Source of the DNA: Octopus sinensis
Taxonomy: Eukaryota
Length of the DNA stretch: 64,000 nt
Reading direction: 5' to 3'
NCBI RefSeq assembly: GCF_006345805.1
Contig: NC_043001.1
Coordinates: forward strand, 115,692,001-115,756,000
Shown here: in pieces, positions 24,901-38,300 of the stretch
Layout of the letters: every line of letters begins with the position of its first letter
How positions within the stretch are numbered: the first letter of the stretch is position 1
Translations under genes and position numbers: made by a program
Notes under the pieces: model-generated
Seen by the model: only the letters and a program-made list of their open reading frames with translations
Told to the model about the DNA's origin: nothing
Databases searched by the model: none

Positions 24901-26002
24901 TCAAAAAGACAGGCCTGGAAAAACTGGAAAAACCAGAGGAAGCAGATAATTATATAAGGTAGCCAAAAGGGCAGCTAGGCGTCAGGTATGCATAGCAAAA
25001 GGAGTAGCTGAAGGTAAGAGATTAGCAAATGTTCTACAGTATGAGATGTTCAGGATTGCAAAGCAGTGTATCAGAGAGAATAGAGATTTGGTGCGTGAGA
25101 AATGTGTGCAAATGGATAATGGTATGCTTGCACTTAGCAAATCACAGAAGTAAGATGTATAGCAGTGTCACAATGAAATGTTATTAAATGTGGAATATGA
25201 ATGGGAGGAGAGTTTACCAAATATCGAACCAATTGAGGGACCAGCCATCAGAGTTGATAGAAGTAAAATAGATAAGGCAATTAAGGACATGAAAGCCCCT
25301 AAGCTATCAAGAGTCATTACCGAGATGATTAAAATTTCCAGTGGTGTAGGATACAGCTTAGTCACCTGCATAGTTAATCAGGTTATTCAGGAAAGCACCA
25401 TCCTCAATGACAAGTGTAGTAGTATAATAGTTACAAGGGTAAAAGTGATGCCTTAGATAGAAACAATTACACAGAAGTATTAAATTGCTAGACCAAGTCA
25501 TGAATGTTAGAGAGAGTTATGGCTCAATTGATTAGAAATAGAATGAAACTAGATGAGATGCAGTTTAGGTTTTGTACCTGGAAAGAATTCCACAGATGTC
25601 ATCTTTGAAGTGAGACAGCCACAAGAAAAGTATTTGGCAAAATTTCCTCATCTTTAAAATGTGGCCCACGTAGACCCGAATGAAATAGGGTTATAATTGA
25701 AACACGTAAGACAATAATAAAGCACCCACTACACTCTCGGAGTGGTTGGCGTTAGGAACGGCATCCAGCAGTAGAAACTCTGCCAGATCAGACCTGGACC
25801 CTGTGCATGGAAAGCGACCATCTGGTTCGCCAGACCTCAGTCAAATCGTCCAACCCATGCTAGCATGGAAAGCGGACATTAAACGATAATGATGATGATG
25901 ATATATATATATACGTGTATATGTATAAAGTGTATGTATTTATATATATGTGTGTGTGTAGACATGTATATATAATGCGTATATATGTACATATTTAATG
26001 CG

Positions 26003-26042
<40 letters not shown>

Positions 26043-27077
26043 GTGTGCATATCTGGTCGGATTGAGCTGAAAATATGCACACCTATGTTAAAAGTGCTAG
26101 TGAGTTTGCTCAATTGAAAGGCATGGCCTCTAGGGCAAAATTCCTCATCTCTTAAAATGTGGCCCACGTAGACCGAAATGAAATTGGGTTATAATACCAA
26201 AACAAGTAAAACAATAATAAACTATTTTAATCCTGAGCAAGGCTGGGTATATCTGCCTAATCTATAAAATGAAGAAGGCAAACATTGATACAAATTGATT
26301 TTTATGTAAAATGGGGTCTAAATGGGGCTGGAAGGGGATTAAAATTTACAGGAGAGGATAATTTGAGGTGAGAAATTGATCGGGAGACGTTTTGGGGCAC
26401 AACAGTAGTTGCTTTGGTTTAAAAACGGAGATTTTAATGATTTTTGTGGACACTTGGGGGTCTAGATTGGACATCTTTTGCCTGATTTCAATCAAATTTT
26501 CAACATGATTATGTGGAAGCAGATTTTTAATTTAAGTGTGGAAATTTAATTTTTTTATAAATGGGAGAGAGATAGATAGAGAAAGATAAAGAGTAAGAGA
26601 AAGCGAGGGAGAGTCCGAGAGAAAGGAAGAGTAAGAGAGTGGGTAAGTGAGAGAGAAAGGAGAGAGAAACAAAGAGGGAGAATGCGGCGATAAGAAACAG
26701 AAAGGAAGCAACAGAAAGTAACAACCACACCCTCACCCATGCGTAGAGCGGGTCACGTTAAACTAGTTGAATTATATTTTGTATATAATCATCTATATAT
26801 GTCTTTTGAATCCACTCTTTGATTTGAGGTTTTCTTCGGTTTTTATAATTGGATGAATTTATATTGAATTCATTTACTTTATTTATTTTGTTCATTGCTT
26901 GCTTAACACTGTTAACTGAAAGGACCAATGAAACAACTCTATTTTTAAAGGGGCATCCTTTAAGTAGTTTTTGATCATATCGTTATTTCTGTTCTATTTT
27001 AACAAAACTGTCAAACGAATGGGGACATGAAACTCTGAGTAACAGCTTTTATTAAATTTCTGCTGCTTTTCAATAAA

Positions 27078-27112
<35 letters not shown>

Positions 27113-27772
27113 CTAGCAACCATTATCTCGGCCTATGCCGCTCAGCCAAGGCTACCCAATGGACAGAAAGACCGATTCTATGACTCCCTCTTGCAGATTA
27201 CCTCGTTGACAAATGATAGGGACCTTCTATTTGTGGATGGTGACTTCAATGGACATGTTGGACAACATACAGGGGACCCTCCATGACATACATGGAGGCT
27301 ACAGTTTTGGTTCCAACAATGAGGAAGGAACCAGGATGCTGGAGTTCTGCGATGCAAATGATCTTATGGTTTGTAATACTAACTTCAGGAAAACTGCCAG
27401 TCACCTACCATTCTGGCAGACACACTAGCCAAATTGACTACATCCTCGCCAGAGTTAGAAAGACCCCTTCATGGGGACTTAACACCCACAATTTTGTCAT
27501 TTTATCTAAGCAAAGACGAATAGTTGTACTCTTGGAAGCTGTGGGATTATCCAAGCATAGATGAGCATTATTTGTAATTCAGTGGTACAACAGTGTAAGA
27601 GTTTGCTTTGACATACACTTAGATTGTGATTTCTGCAATGTGCTGCATAAATTGTCAAGTAAATGAGAGGCATCTTTGCCTCCACTGATTCAGTTGCAAA
27701 GTGTTGAGTAAAGTTATTTGATTGCAGATTTCCTTTCAGTCTTTGATATAATAAATATGAATGTACACATAT

Positions 27773-27823
<51 letters not shown>

Positions 27824-28179
27824 GTATGTGTGTGTGTGTGTATTATAATATATATAATATGTGTGTGTGTGTGTGTGTGTGTGTGTTTATATATATATAT
27901 TATATGATAGATACAACTGAGTGGGCAAACAAAAAATATGAGACACACAGCGTAGTGCTTTTTTATGTTGATAAGCCTGGTACTTATTCTATTAGTTTCT
28001 TCTTGTGAAAACAGTAAGTTATGGGGATGTAAATAAACGAACAGCAGTTGTGAAGCAGTGATGAGGGTAAACACAGAAACAAAGTCACACACATACACTT
28101 AAATATATACATACATATATATACGATTGATTTCTTAAGTTTCTGTCTACGAAATCCATATACATATTATATATATATA

Positions 28180-28221
<42 letters not shown>

Positions 28222-28224
28222 ATG

Positions 28225-28271
<47 letters not shown>

Positions 28272-29329
28272 GATAAATTGTGTGGGCAAACAAAAATATG
28301 AGATACTGCCTAGCGGATTTTTTTTTATTTTGATAAGCCTGGTACTTATTCTATCAGTTTCTTCTTGTGAAACTAGTAAGTTATGGGGATGCAACTAAAC
28401 GAACACCAGTTGTGTGGCAGTGATGAGGGAGAAACACAAAGACACACACATAGACTTACTTATATACATACATATATATATATATATACGATTGATTTCT
28501 TTCAGTTTCTGTCTACAAAATCCACTGACAAGGCTTTAGTTGGTCTGAGGCTATAGCAGAAAACACATGCCAAGTCACCACACAGTGGGACTGAACTTTG
28601 GACCATGTGTTTTGGAACGAAGGTTGTTACCCCACAGCCACACCTGCACCTATGCATGTGTGTGTGTGTGTGTGTATGTGTATATATATATGCATGTATG
28701 TATGTGAATATATATGTGTACATATTACATGTACATCTAAATATATATACATCTACACATATACATGTATACATAAACATCTATATGTATAGAAATAAAT
28801 GTATACATATACAGCTATACACACACACACACACACACACATACATAGGTGCAGGTGTGGCTGTGTGGTAACAAACTTTGTTCCAAAACACATGGTCTGG
28901 GTTTAAATTTAAATTTAAAATAATAAGGGTGAGAAATTGAATATTAATTTGATTAATATGAATTGAAAACCAGTGGTATAACATATAAGACCATAGCGGA
29001 TCTTCTTCTAGCAAAATGGATGTCCACTGTTAATGGTTCATCCCCCTTATATAATAGTTTGACTTTAATAGTTTCAGTATTAAAGTGAAAGTATCTGACA
29101 TTACAATAGAGAGATGTTTTTGTTTCACTTTTAACACGTAATACTGAAATAGGGAAGAAGATATTGATATTGCTGTGGGCTCACCCTAGGCAAAAAGTTA
29201 AAATTGTTTGCCCATGACACTCCCTGGATCCCAAGTAAGGCATGTGTAAAATTTGAATGAAATTTATTGTGTAGTTCTGAAGTTTTAGGGATTCACACAG
29301 CCAGACAGACAGTCAGATACACATTCTCA

Positions 29330-29380
<51 letters not shown>

Positions 29381-32300
29381 TATATATATATACATATATA
29401 TATGAAGAAAGTCCTATCTTTATTTTAGATCACACCTTTACTTCTTATTACAAAAGGATTGTTGGATTTACCTGTCATGCATGAGGATTTAATTGGGATT
29501 TATATTCTATTTACATTTACTGGTATCTGATTGTTGGAAATTTAACCTTATTCTTTTATACTGAATGCTTACTTGATATCTACCAGAACTTTTTAATCCC
29601 ATTTTATTCTTATCTGTCTGTCTGCATGTCTAACTGTTTGTATGTATGTATATACATACATACTAGGTTGAGGAAAAAGTTTGTGCGCCATGTTAAAATA
29701 ATGAACTGAATGAACACACACACCACAAAAATATATAAAAAAAAGTATTATTTTAACACAGTTCATGAACTGTTATGGAATATTTTGGATTTGATACAAA
29801 GTTCTGGGTTATCAGTCCATATATGAAAAGTAAAATTTCAATCCATTAAATGCTTCATAAAAAATATATGTAAAATAGATATTTTGATATGAAAGGCAAA
29901 TATACACATTGAGGCAATACATATTCAGCGATATTTAAATCACGTAAATTTGTACATACAGGATTGGTTTGTTGCATCAGAGACGCTAATATTAAAGCTC
30001 CAAGATATTGGAAAGTTCAAAGGAAGAAGTCCCAATTAAAATCCAAATGTGAAAATTAACATATACATCCCATGGCTGTTTCAGGAACAGAGTGATAAGA
30101 GTAGATATCGATTTAAAATCCATTCCAGTATCCATATTTCCTTCATCAGGATATCTATATCTTGTATGGATCACATCTGGTATTTTTGTCCATAAATGTC
30201 AAAGTTCAATTACACTATACCAGTTTGTATTTTATAAAAATCGATTGCATGAAAAATGAGTCGAATAAAATAAATAATTAAGATGAATTTAAAATATATG
30301 GTGGAGGTAAAATTAAATATAATTGTCCAGGAAATTATTCTAGAAGTGAAATGATTTTTCTCTTTTTTCATTTTTGTTTTTTATTCAAGTTACAGATTTA
30401 TTGTTATTAACGAAAAATTTAATGTGTCATATGTATTTATGTTCTACATAAGATGATCATTATTTCCCAGGAAATTATTCTAGAAGTGAAATGATTTTTC
30501 TCTTTTTCATTTTTTGTTTTTTATTCATTACAGATTTATTGTTACTTAATGAAAGAATTTAAATGTGCATAAGATGATCATTATTCCATAATTATTTTAT
30601 TGATGAGAACTTTATGGATTTTTGTTATTTAATGATTATTTGTTATTATATGTGGAGAGGTATTTATGTCTACATGAAGTGATAAGATTGGAGAATTTGC
30701 TTAGCATTATCTTCTTATTTAGACATAGTATATTGATTGATCTTTTGTACATAACCTACAGTTAGTGTACATGAATTATAAGGAGAGGTTCCAGTAACTA
30801 CTGATCATATTAATTTATAGTTATATTTTGCATTTTTAGAAGGTTAACATATGTTACTAGTGATGAGGAAAATTTAGTTTTAGGGTTAATAAATGAACTC
30901 ATGTGCACTCAGTATCTAGTTTTAAAATCAGCTGTGCTCCCGATATATGTTTTAGATTGGTTAGGGTTAGATGTTAGTACTTGGCATTTATAGACTAGGT
31001 TCTTTTGTTAAATAAGGGGCAGTATTCAGGCTTGCAGAAGTTGCATGCTTTTTGCCTCATGTGGGTTTTAAATCATTGTCCCAAATAATTTTCATTGATT
31101 TGGTTAGATTCCAAATTACTGAGAAGCTGTGTTTAGTTCATTAATCACATCCATTTGACTTGTCTGGGTAGGATTTATAGCCCCTTATTGTTGTGATTCA
31201 CCAATTATATTTCTTCTTGTATTATCATTAAGTAAAATATTATTGTTGGGCTCCAGATCAGAGGTTTCCCATAGAGAAACTTTACCTAATGAATGGTTTC
31301 TAAGCTTATATCTATTATTAGCTGCTATAATTGACCCTAGATTGTTTTTTATTATTGCCTGTTTATTTATATTGAATTTCTTAGTGGGTTTATGCCAAAG
31401 TTTATGATTTTGTCGAATTCGATGAATCTAGCATATATGGTAAGAATGTTGTTCAAATGAATCATTCAACATACCATATATGGAGTAAAATTCTCCTTAT
31501 TCATTATCCGCCCCACATACACACAGATACAGGTTGGTGAACATATAGAAAGTTGTGCTAGGAATCTTAATCCCAATTTCCTAATTTTCCCCCCCCTTCC
31601 CTCAATGTTCACAGAACACCTCAGTACAACAAAGAATGCATGAAGAGGCAACTTTCATCAATAAATATCTTCCACAACTCAATATGAACACCTAACATAA
31701 TACAGAACACTACAAACCTTTCAATTAATACCACTAACCCCCATACATCCCATACACCATTTACATTTCAGATCTATATCTACCCTAATTGCACCAAATC
31801 TAGAACTACATACCTCCCATACACATAACCGTCTAACTCAGTGACTAATAGACCTGACACCGTTCATTAATTGATTTGCATTCAAAGCAATGATTAGTAA
31901 ATTCACAAAACCCATATGCTTTTGAATCTCTTTAACAATTCACAATAATGGCTTTTATTACTTTTATTCCTACCTCAGTTCATCTGATTGTATATATCTA
32001 TCATTACTTTCCATAAAAAGCCTTTACTTTTTTGATTTCTAAAATGTGCATTTTTGCTTATTTTTCTTCTTAACTTTCCCTCTAAATATATATATATAAC
32101 ACACATGTATACACGTGCACGCACACACACACACACACATACCACATTGTTGTGATAAATAAAGCTTTATAATATGAAAAACATACAAACCTCCTCTTTT
32201 GTAGAATATATAAGTAAGAACCCATTATTATTAATAATAATACAATTCCGACAGTGCAACCAATAATTATTTCCATAGGTATTTCTTGCTTGCTTTTCTG

Positions 32301-35300
32301 AAAGATGATTAAAAGACCATGAATTATTACATCAATATATATAGTAGTATATGAAGAATTTTTCATTACTCATGTGTCTCATTTATTGGGGTACACAACT
32401 CATCTCATTATCATCATTATCGTTTACACATCCATTTTCCATTCTGGCATGGGTGGATGGTTTTGAGTGAGGTCTGGAGAGCCAGCAGCTGCACCAGGCT
32501 CCAATCTGATCTGCCATTGTTTCTACAGCAGGATGCCCTTCCTAATGCTAACCTCTCCGAGAGTGTAGGGGGGCATCAGCACAGGTGCCAGTTAGGTGGG
32601 CCTGGCATTGATCATGTTCAGATGTACTTTTTATGTGCCACCAGCACATGAAGCCAGTCAGGGGTTTCTGGCATCGGCCACATTTGGATGGGTTTTTTTA
32701 CATGCTACTAGCATAAGAGCTAGTCCAGAGTCCACTGGCGTAGACCATGTTCAGATGGTGCATTTTATGTGCTACTGGAACAGGAGCCAGTCAAGGAGGC
32801 ACAGGGCCACAGCTACAATTTTGGTTTTACCTCGACTCAACAGGACTTCTCAAGCATAGCATATCACCCCAACGCATCAAGGTACTCTTAAATGGACTGG
32901 ACATGCAAACACCGGCATCGGCCATGGTAGTGATCTCACTTCAGTTGCCAGGTTTCTCAATCACAGCATATCTCCAAAGGTCTCAGTCTCCTGTCATTGC
33001 ACTATGAGCCCAAGTGTTCAAAGGTCATGCTTCACCACCTCATCATATGTCTTCCTGAGTCTACCTCTACCACAGGTTCCTTCCACAGTTAGGGTGTGGC
33101 ACTTCCTCACACAACTGTGCTCATCCTTATGTAACACATGACCATATCACGGTGTCGTCTCTCTTGCACACCACATTTGATGCATCTTATGTCCAACTTT
33201 TCTCTCAGGGCACTTACACTCTGTCTATATGCACACTAGCATTACACATCCAGCGGACCATACAGCTTAATTTCTTTCAAGCCTACACATGTCCTCTACA
33301 TTCATAGCCCATGTTTCACTGCTGTATAGCATGGCAGTTTCACACATGCCTCATACAGTCTACCTTTCACCCTGAGTGAGAGCCCTTAGTTGCCAGCAAA
33401 AATAGGAGCTCTCTGAACTTTGCCCGCTATTCTATTCTAGCCATGACAATGTCAGAGCAACCACCCACTACAGATTGGGTTGCCTAGTTAGTGGAAGATA
33501 TCAACTACTTCTAGTATTCCTTCCTTACATGTGATGGAATATGTTTTCTGTACATCTTCAGTGTTTAATTCTTCCCAGTTACCATCCTTGATATTGCTGC
33601 ACCTTTTATGTGTCCATTGATTACATCGGGTACATCATATGGAGTTTCTACCTATGCCTTTTCTAAAGATTGAGCAGGGCCATCTACCTGAAGGGGTTTG
33701 TGATTTTTCATCCTCCCTACTTACTAAAACTTTGGTTTTTGCTAGGTTAACCCTAAGGCTCTTCAATTCTAACCTTGCTTCTACACTCTCTACACTCCCT
33801 AAACTCTGTCTCTGGTCTGGCAGTGACTTGGCTATTAGAGCATGGTCATCAGCAAAGAGGAGCTTCCTCTGTTATTGCCTGAGACTACTATAATGAATAG
33901 AGGGGACTGAGGACTGATCCCTGGTGAACCTATACTTCTACCTGGAATTATCCACTATACTTGTTGCCAACTCTCATCTACTGACTGCACTGCATCCCTG
34001 TACAGGGCTTGTACAGCTCTTATCAACCACTTGTCCATCCTCAGTTTTCACATTGACCATCAGATAAGGTATCAGGGGACCCTGTTAAAGCTTTCTCTCC
34101 AAGTCAACAAAAGCCAAGTACAGAGGTTTATATTTGGCCAGATATTTCTCCTGCAGTTACCTTACCAAAAATATAGCATCAGTGGTGCTTTTGCTTGGCA
34201 CAAAACCAAACTGCATCTTATCTAGGCTAACTCTTTCCATAATTAGTTGGGCTGTGACCCTCTCCATAACTTTCATCACCTGATCCAATAATCTGAAACT
34301 ACCTGATTTACGATGTGGATGACAAGACCATAATCCACACCACCTGATATTTCAAGCATCTCAGCAGTGATTACTGATGAGACAGTTGCTTCTCCTGTCT
34401 TCATATCCTTAATTGCTTTATCTACCAGGGTTCTATCAATTTTTATAGTGTTTCATTTTATTACACTTCTGTTTTCCTTTCCACCACACATTTAATTCAA
34501 CAAAAATGTCTTTCTATTATAATCCACTAAAAGCAATAGATTTCTCAACTCACATTAGTATTGCACATCCAACAAAAGGTATTAATCTAATGTCTACCAG
34601 TCCCCATATTATGTTTCCATGCATCATTCAAATCCACACAAAAACACCATGCAATATGCCTTTAAATAAAGCTGCAAATTTTTGAATTTTTTGTATTCAA
34701 TTGCAACCAAGTTGTTATAAAGTCACTAGACGGAAAAGCTTTTGACAAGGTCCCCTGCTCCTTAATCTGGTAGCCAATGTAGAAGCTAGTGATAGATGAG
34801 TGCTTGGTGAGAGCCATACAAGCCATGTACAGGGATGGTGTCAGTAAGGTGAAAGGGCAATGAGAAGAGTAATGGATTTTGTGTACAGTTAGGTATTCAT
34901 CAAGGATCAGTTCTTAGCTTCCTCTCTCTTCTATCATATTCTTAGCTTCCTCCATCATAGGCCTCCAGGCCATAACAGAAGAATTTAAAACTGATTGCCT
35001 TTGAGCTCCTCTATGCTGATGAGCTTGTTCTTATAGCTGAATCTCTACTAGAATTGTAAAAGAAATTTCAGGTGTGGAGACAGTCTGGAATAAAAGGGCC
35101 TCAGAATTAATTAAGCAAAGACCAAAGTCCTAGTAAGTAGGAAAGTAGACAAGTTATTAATCTCTTCAGGGAGACAGCTGTTCTTGATATGCAGAAAAGG
35201 TATAGGTAGAAATTCCATAAATTGTACTCAGTGTAACACACAAGAAATACTGCAGTATCACAGGAAGTTTAACAGAAAAACTATTCTTTGTGTGTACAGG

Positions 35301-38300
35301 TAAGTAGGTATAATAAAAACTAAGAATGTATGAAGTAGGTGGGCAGTTCTTTATAAGTGTAGATAGCTTCCATTACCTTGATGACCAAGTTAACAGTGGA
35401 GGAGAATGCTCTGAAAATGTTGCTAGAATAAGAATGTGCTGGGCAATGTTGCAGGTAACAAAGGCCTCTCTCTCAGAGTGAAAGGTAGAACGGATGCCTA
35501 TGTAAGGATATGACAGTGAACATGGCTATTACTGCAGGGTATGTGAAGCTTGAAAGAAATGAAGCCCTATTCCAGTGGATGTGCAATGTTAGTGGGCATG
35601 TACAATAGAGTGTAAGAATTTTGAGAAAAAAATTGGGTATAAGTGGCATCAGATGCAGTGTGCAAGAGAGAAGACTGTGCTAGTACAGTCATGTGATGCA
35701 TAAGGCTGAGGATAGCTGCATAAAGAAGTGCTGATCTGTAAACTTGTAAATGAGGTAAACTGAGGAAGATGCGAGACAAAGTGGTGAGAAATGATCTTCA
35801 GATGTTGAGCCTCACAGAGGAGATGACAAGGGACTGAGACTGGTGATTTGCTATGCTTGAGAAGATATGTCAAACTAAGTAAAATTGTGGCCGTCCATAC
35901 ATACAGGCATGTCCTTTATGGCCATGCCTTCCTCTCACACACACCAATGTAATCTGTCCTTTGTCAAAATTCCCCCACTACCCATCTTCCAAATACCTCC
36001 CCTTCATTCCAGCAACCATAATCCCCATTTGCTGTAGTCTCATCCACTCTATCTCAAATGCCTAACTGCACACACTACATGCCCTCACATATCAATCACA
36101 CTCCCTCCCAACCATTCCAGTTTCAATTTCTCTCACCATTACCTCCTAAAGTCACCTCTTCCTCATCTCTAAACATTTCCCCTCACACTTTTGTAAAATT
36201 CATCTTTCTATTCTCTTTCAGACTACTACTACTACTCTCTCCTCCAGACTACTACTACTACTCCCACAATTCCGATGCAACTTCAACACATCTATTTCTC
36301 TCTCTCTCTTTCTCTTGCTTTGAATGTCTCTATCTTTCTTCTACTTCTAACTTTCTCTCTCTTCTTTTTTTCCTTCTGGAGTAGCCAAGTATCTCTTCCA
36401 TAGTAAGACATTTATCTCTATTCCCCTATCATATTCTAATCTCTCACTTGGCACTAAGCTACTTCCCTCAGTTCCACTTCCTCTCCCAACTGAGAGGTCT
36501 TACAAGTTATTTGGCAACCCCACTGGTGCTGGTGCCACATGTGAAGGTGCATGGCTTAGTGGTTAGTGTATTTGGCTCATGATCATAAAACTGTTAGTTT
36601 GACTCCCAACAGTACATTGCATCCTCGAGCAAGATGCTTCATTTCATGTTGCTCCAATCACTGAGTTGACAAAAATGAGCTGTACCTGTAATTCAAAGGG
36701 CCAGCCTTGTCACATTCATTGTCACACTGAATCTCTCTGAGAACACATATCTGTGGAGTGCTTAGTCACTTGTATGGTAATTTCATGAGCAGGCTGTTCC
36801 AATGATCCAATCAACTGGAACACTCATCATCATTACCAATGGAGTGCCAGTTGGTGCCATATAAAAAAGTCATCAGTGCTGGTGTTGCATTAAAAGCACC
36901 CAGTACACTCTGTAAGGTGGCAGGCATTAGGAAGAGCAATCAGCCATAGAAACCATGGCAAATCAAACAATTGGGCCTGGTGCAGCTCTCTGGCTTGCCA
37001 GCTTTTATGAAACCATCCAACCCATGCCAACATCAAAGACAGACATCAAAATGATGATGAGGGCAATTTATATCCTTCTAATAAGGATGTGTTCATTCTG
37101 TTAATGCTTTAGAAATGTTTCTAATCATTCTTCTCTGTGACTGCACAGACATAACTGTAGTTATGTAATGTAGTGTTGAATAGTTCAGCATTTTACACAG
37201 TGACAGCACAGTAAAAACAATATGTCTGTCGGGTTACACTAATGATTTCAAACCCACACAATGATGTGGCAATCTTTTCTGGGGAAAGTGGAAGTGCATG
37301 CCGAAATTGTGTGTACTTGTAACTGCTGGCTAAGGTCCCCTAATCAGCCTCATCTAAGCATTATAATTCTTGAATTTTAACATATGATTTCAGAACTATT
37401 TTTCATAAGAAAAGTTCTTATTGCAGAATCTGTCAAAAGCTATAAATTAGGAAAAGAATAAGGAGACTAAGGCCAATATAGCATTTGCAGTTTGTTAAAT
37501 TGGATAATAAATTGAATTCCTGCCATTTCATATAGTGATATAAATTGTTTGTAACTATCCCAGAATACTTTATAAATATGGTCTACACTAGGAGTGAGGA
37601 GCTCATCACCTGATTTTAAATTTGAAATTACTCAATGAGAAAATCTATAAAGATCCATATGAAAAAATTTAAATAGTAATGTTATATATATAGCATACCT
37701 ATGAATTTGAAAGATTCATTAATTTTCTCAGTAAAAATGTACCTCAGAAATTCTTATACACCTTTCAATTTACTTTTCATACTGAACAGTTCCCCCAACT
37801 CTTCCTTATGCCATTGGTCATTGATTAATGAAAACCACAGATGAACCATCAACTTCAAGCAATCTACATGCATGGAACTGTTTCTAACTTGGTGAGGCCA
37901 ATGTTATCCTGTCTCAGACAGGTTCTGAATTTTTCTACTTAGTGCTGCTTTGTAGTAACTTGACATCATTTAACTTGCAATAACTGCATTAATTCCAAAT
38001 ATTCTGTTCTATGACAAAAAAAAAAAAGAACATTGCTGCTGTCATTTCACATCTGTTATCTATACTGGCATGGTGAACTGTTTGACAGGAGCTGGTAAGT
38101 CTGGGAGCCACATCAAGCTTTATTGTCTGTTTTCGCATGGTTTTTACAACTGGATCTCCTTCCTAGTGCCAAGTGTCCAACTGACAGATTTATTAAATAT
38201 CCATGAACATTGTATAGGGAATCATATAAATCAAAATAACTTAAGAGATTTAACCAATTTGGACCAGTAGAAAGGCCAAAAAGAGGTAATATTTCAGTAT

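Noticed and set aside
29992-30174. ORF with YRYPDEGN as a possible cytoplasmic exon after the TM exon
   Set aside because: No polypyrimidine acceptor and no phase-compatible strong donor; the 19620-19636 microexon fits better.
30325-30590. About 140-bp tandem duplication, and the 32-bp repeats at 38842-38925
   Set aside because: Low-complexity local slippage with no functional signal.
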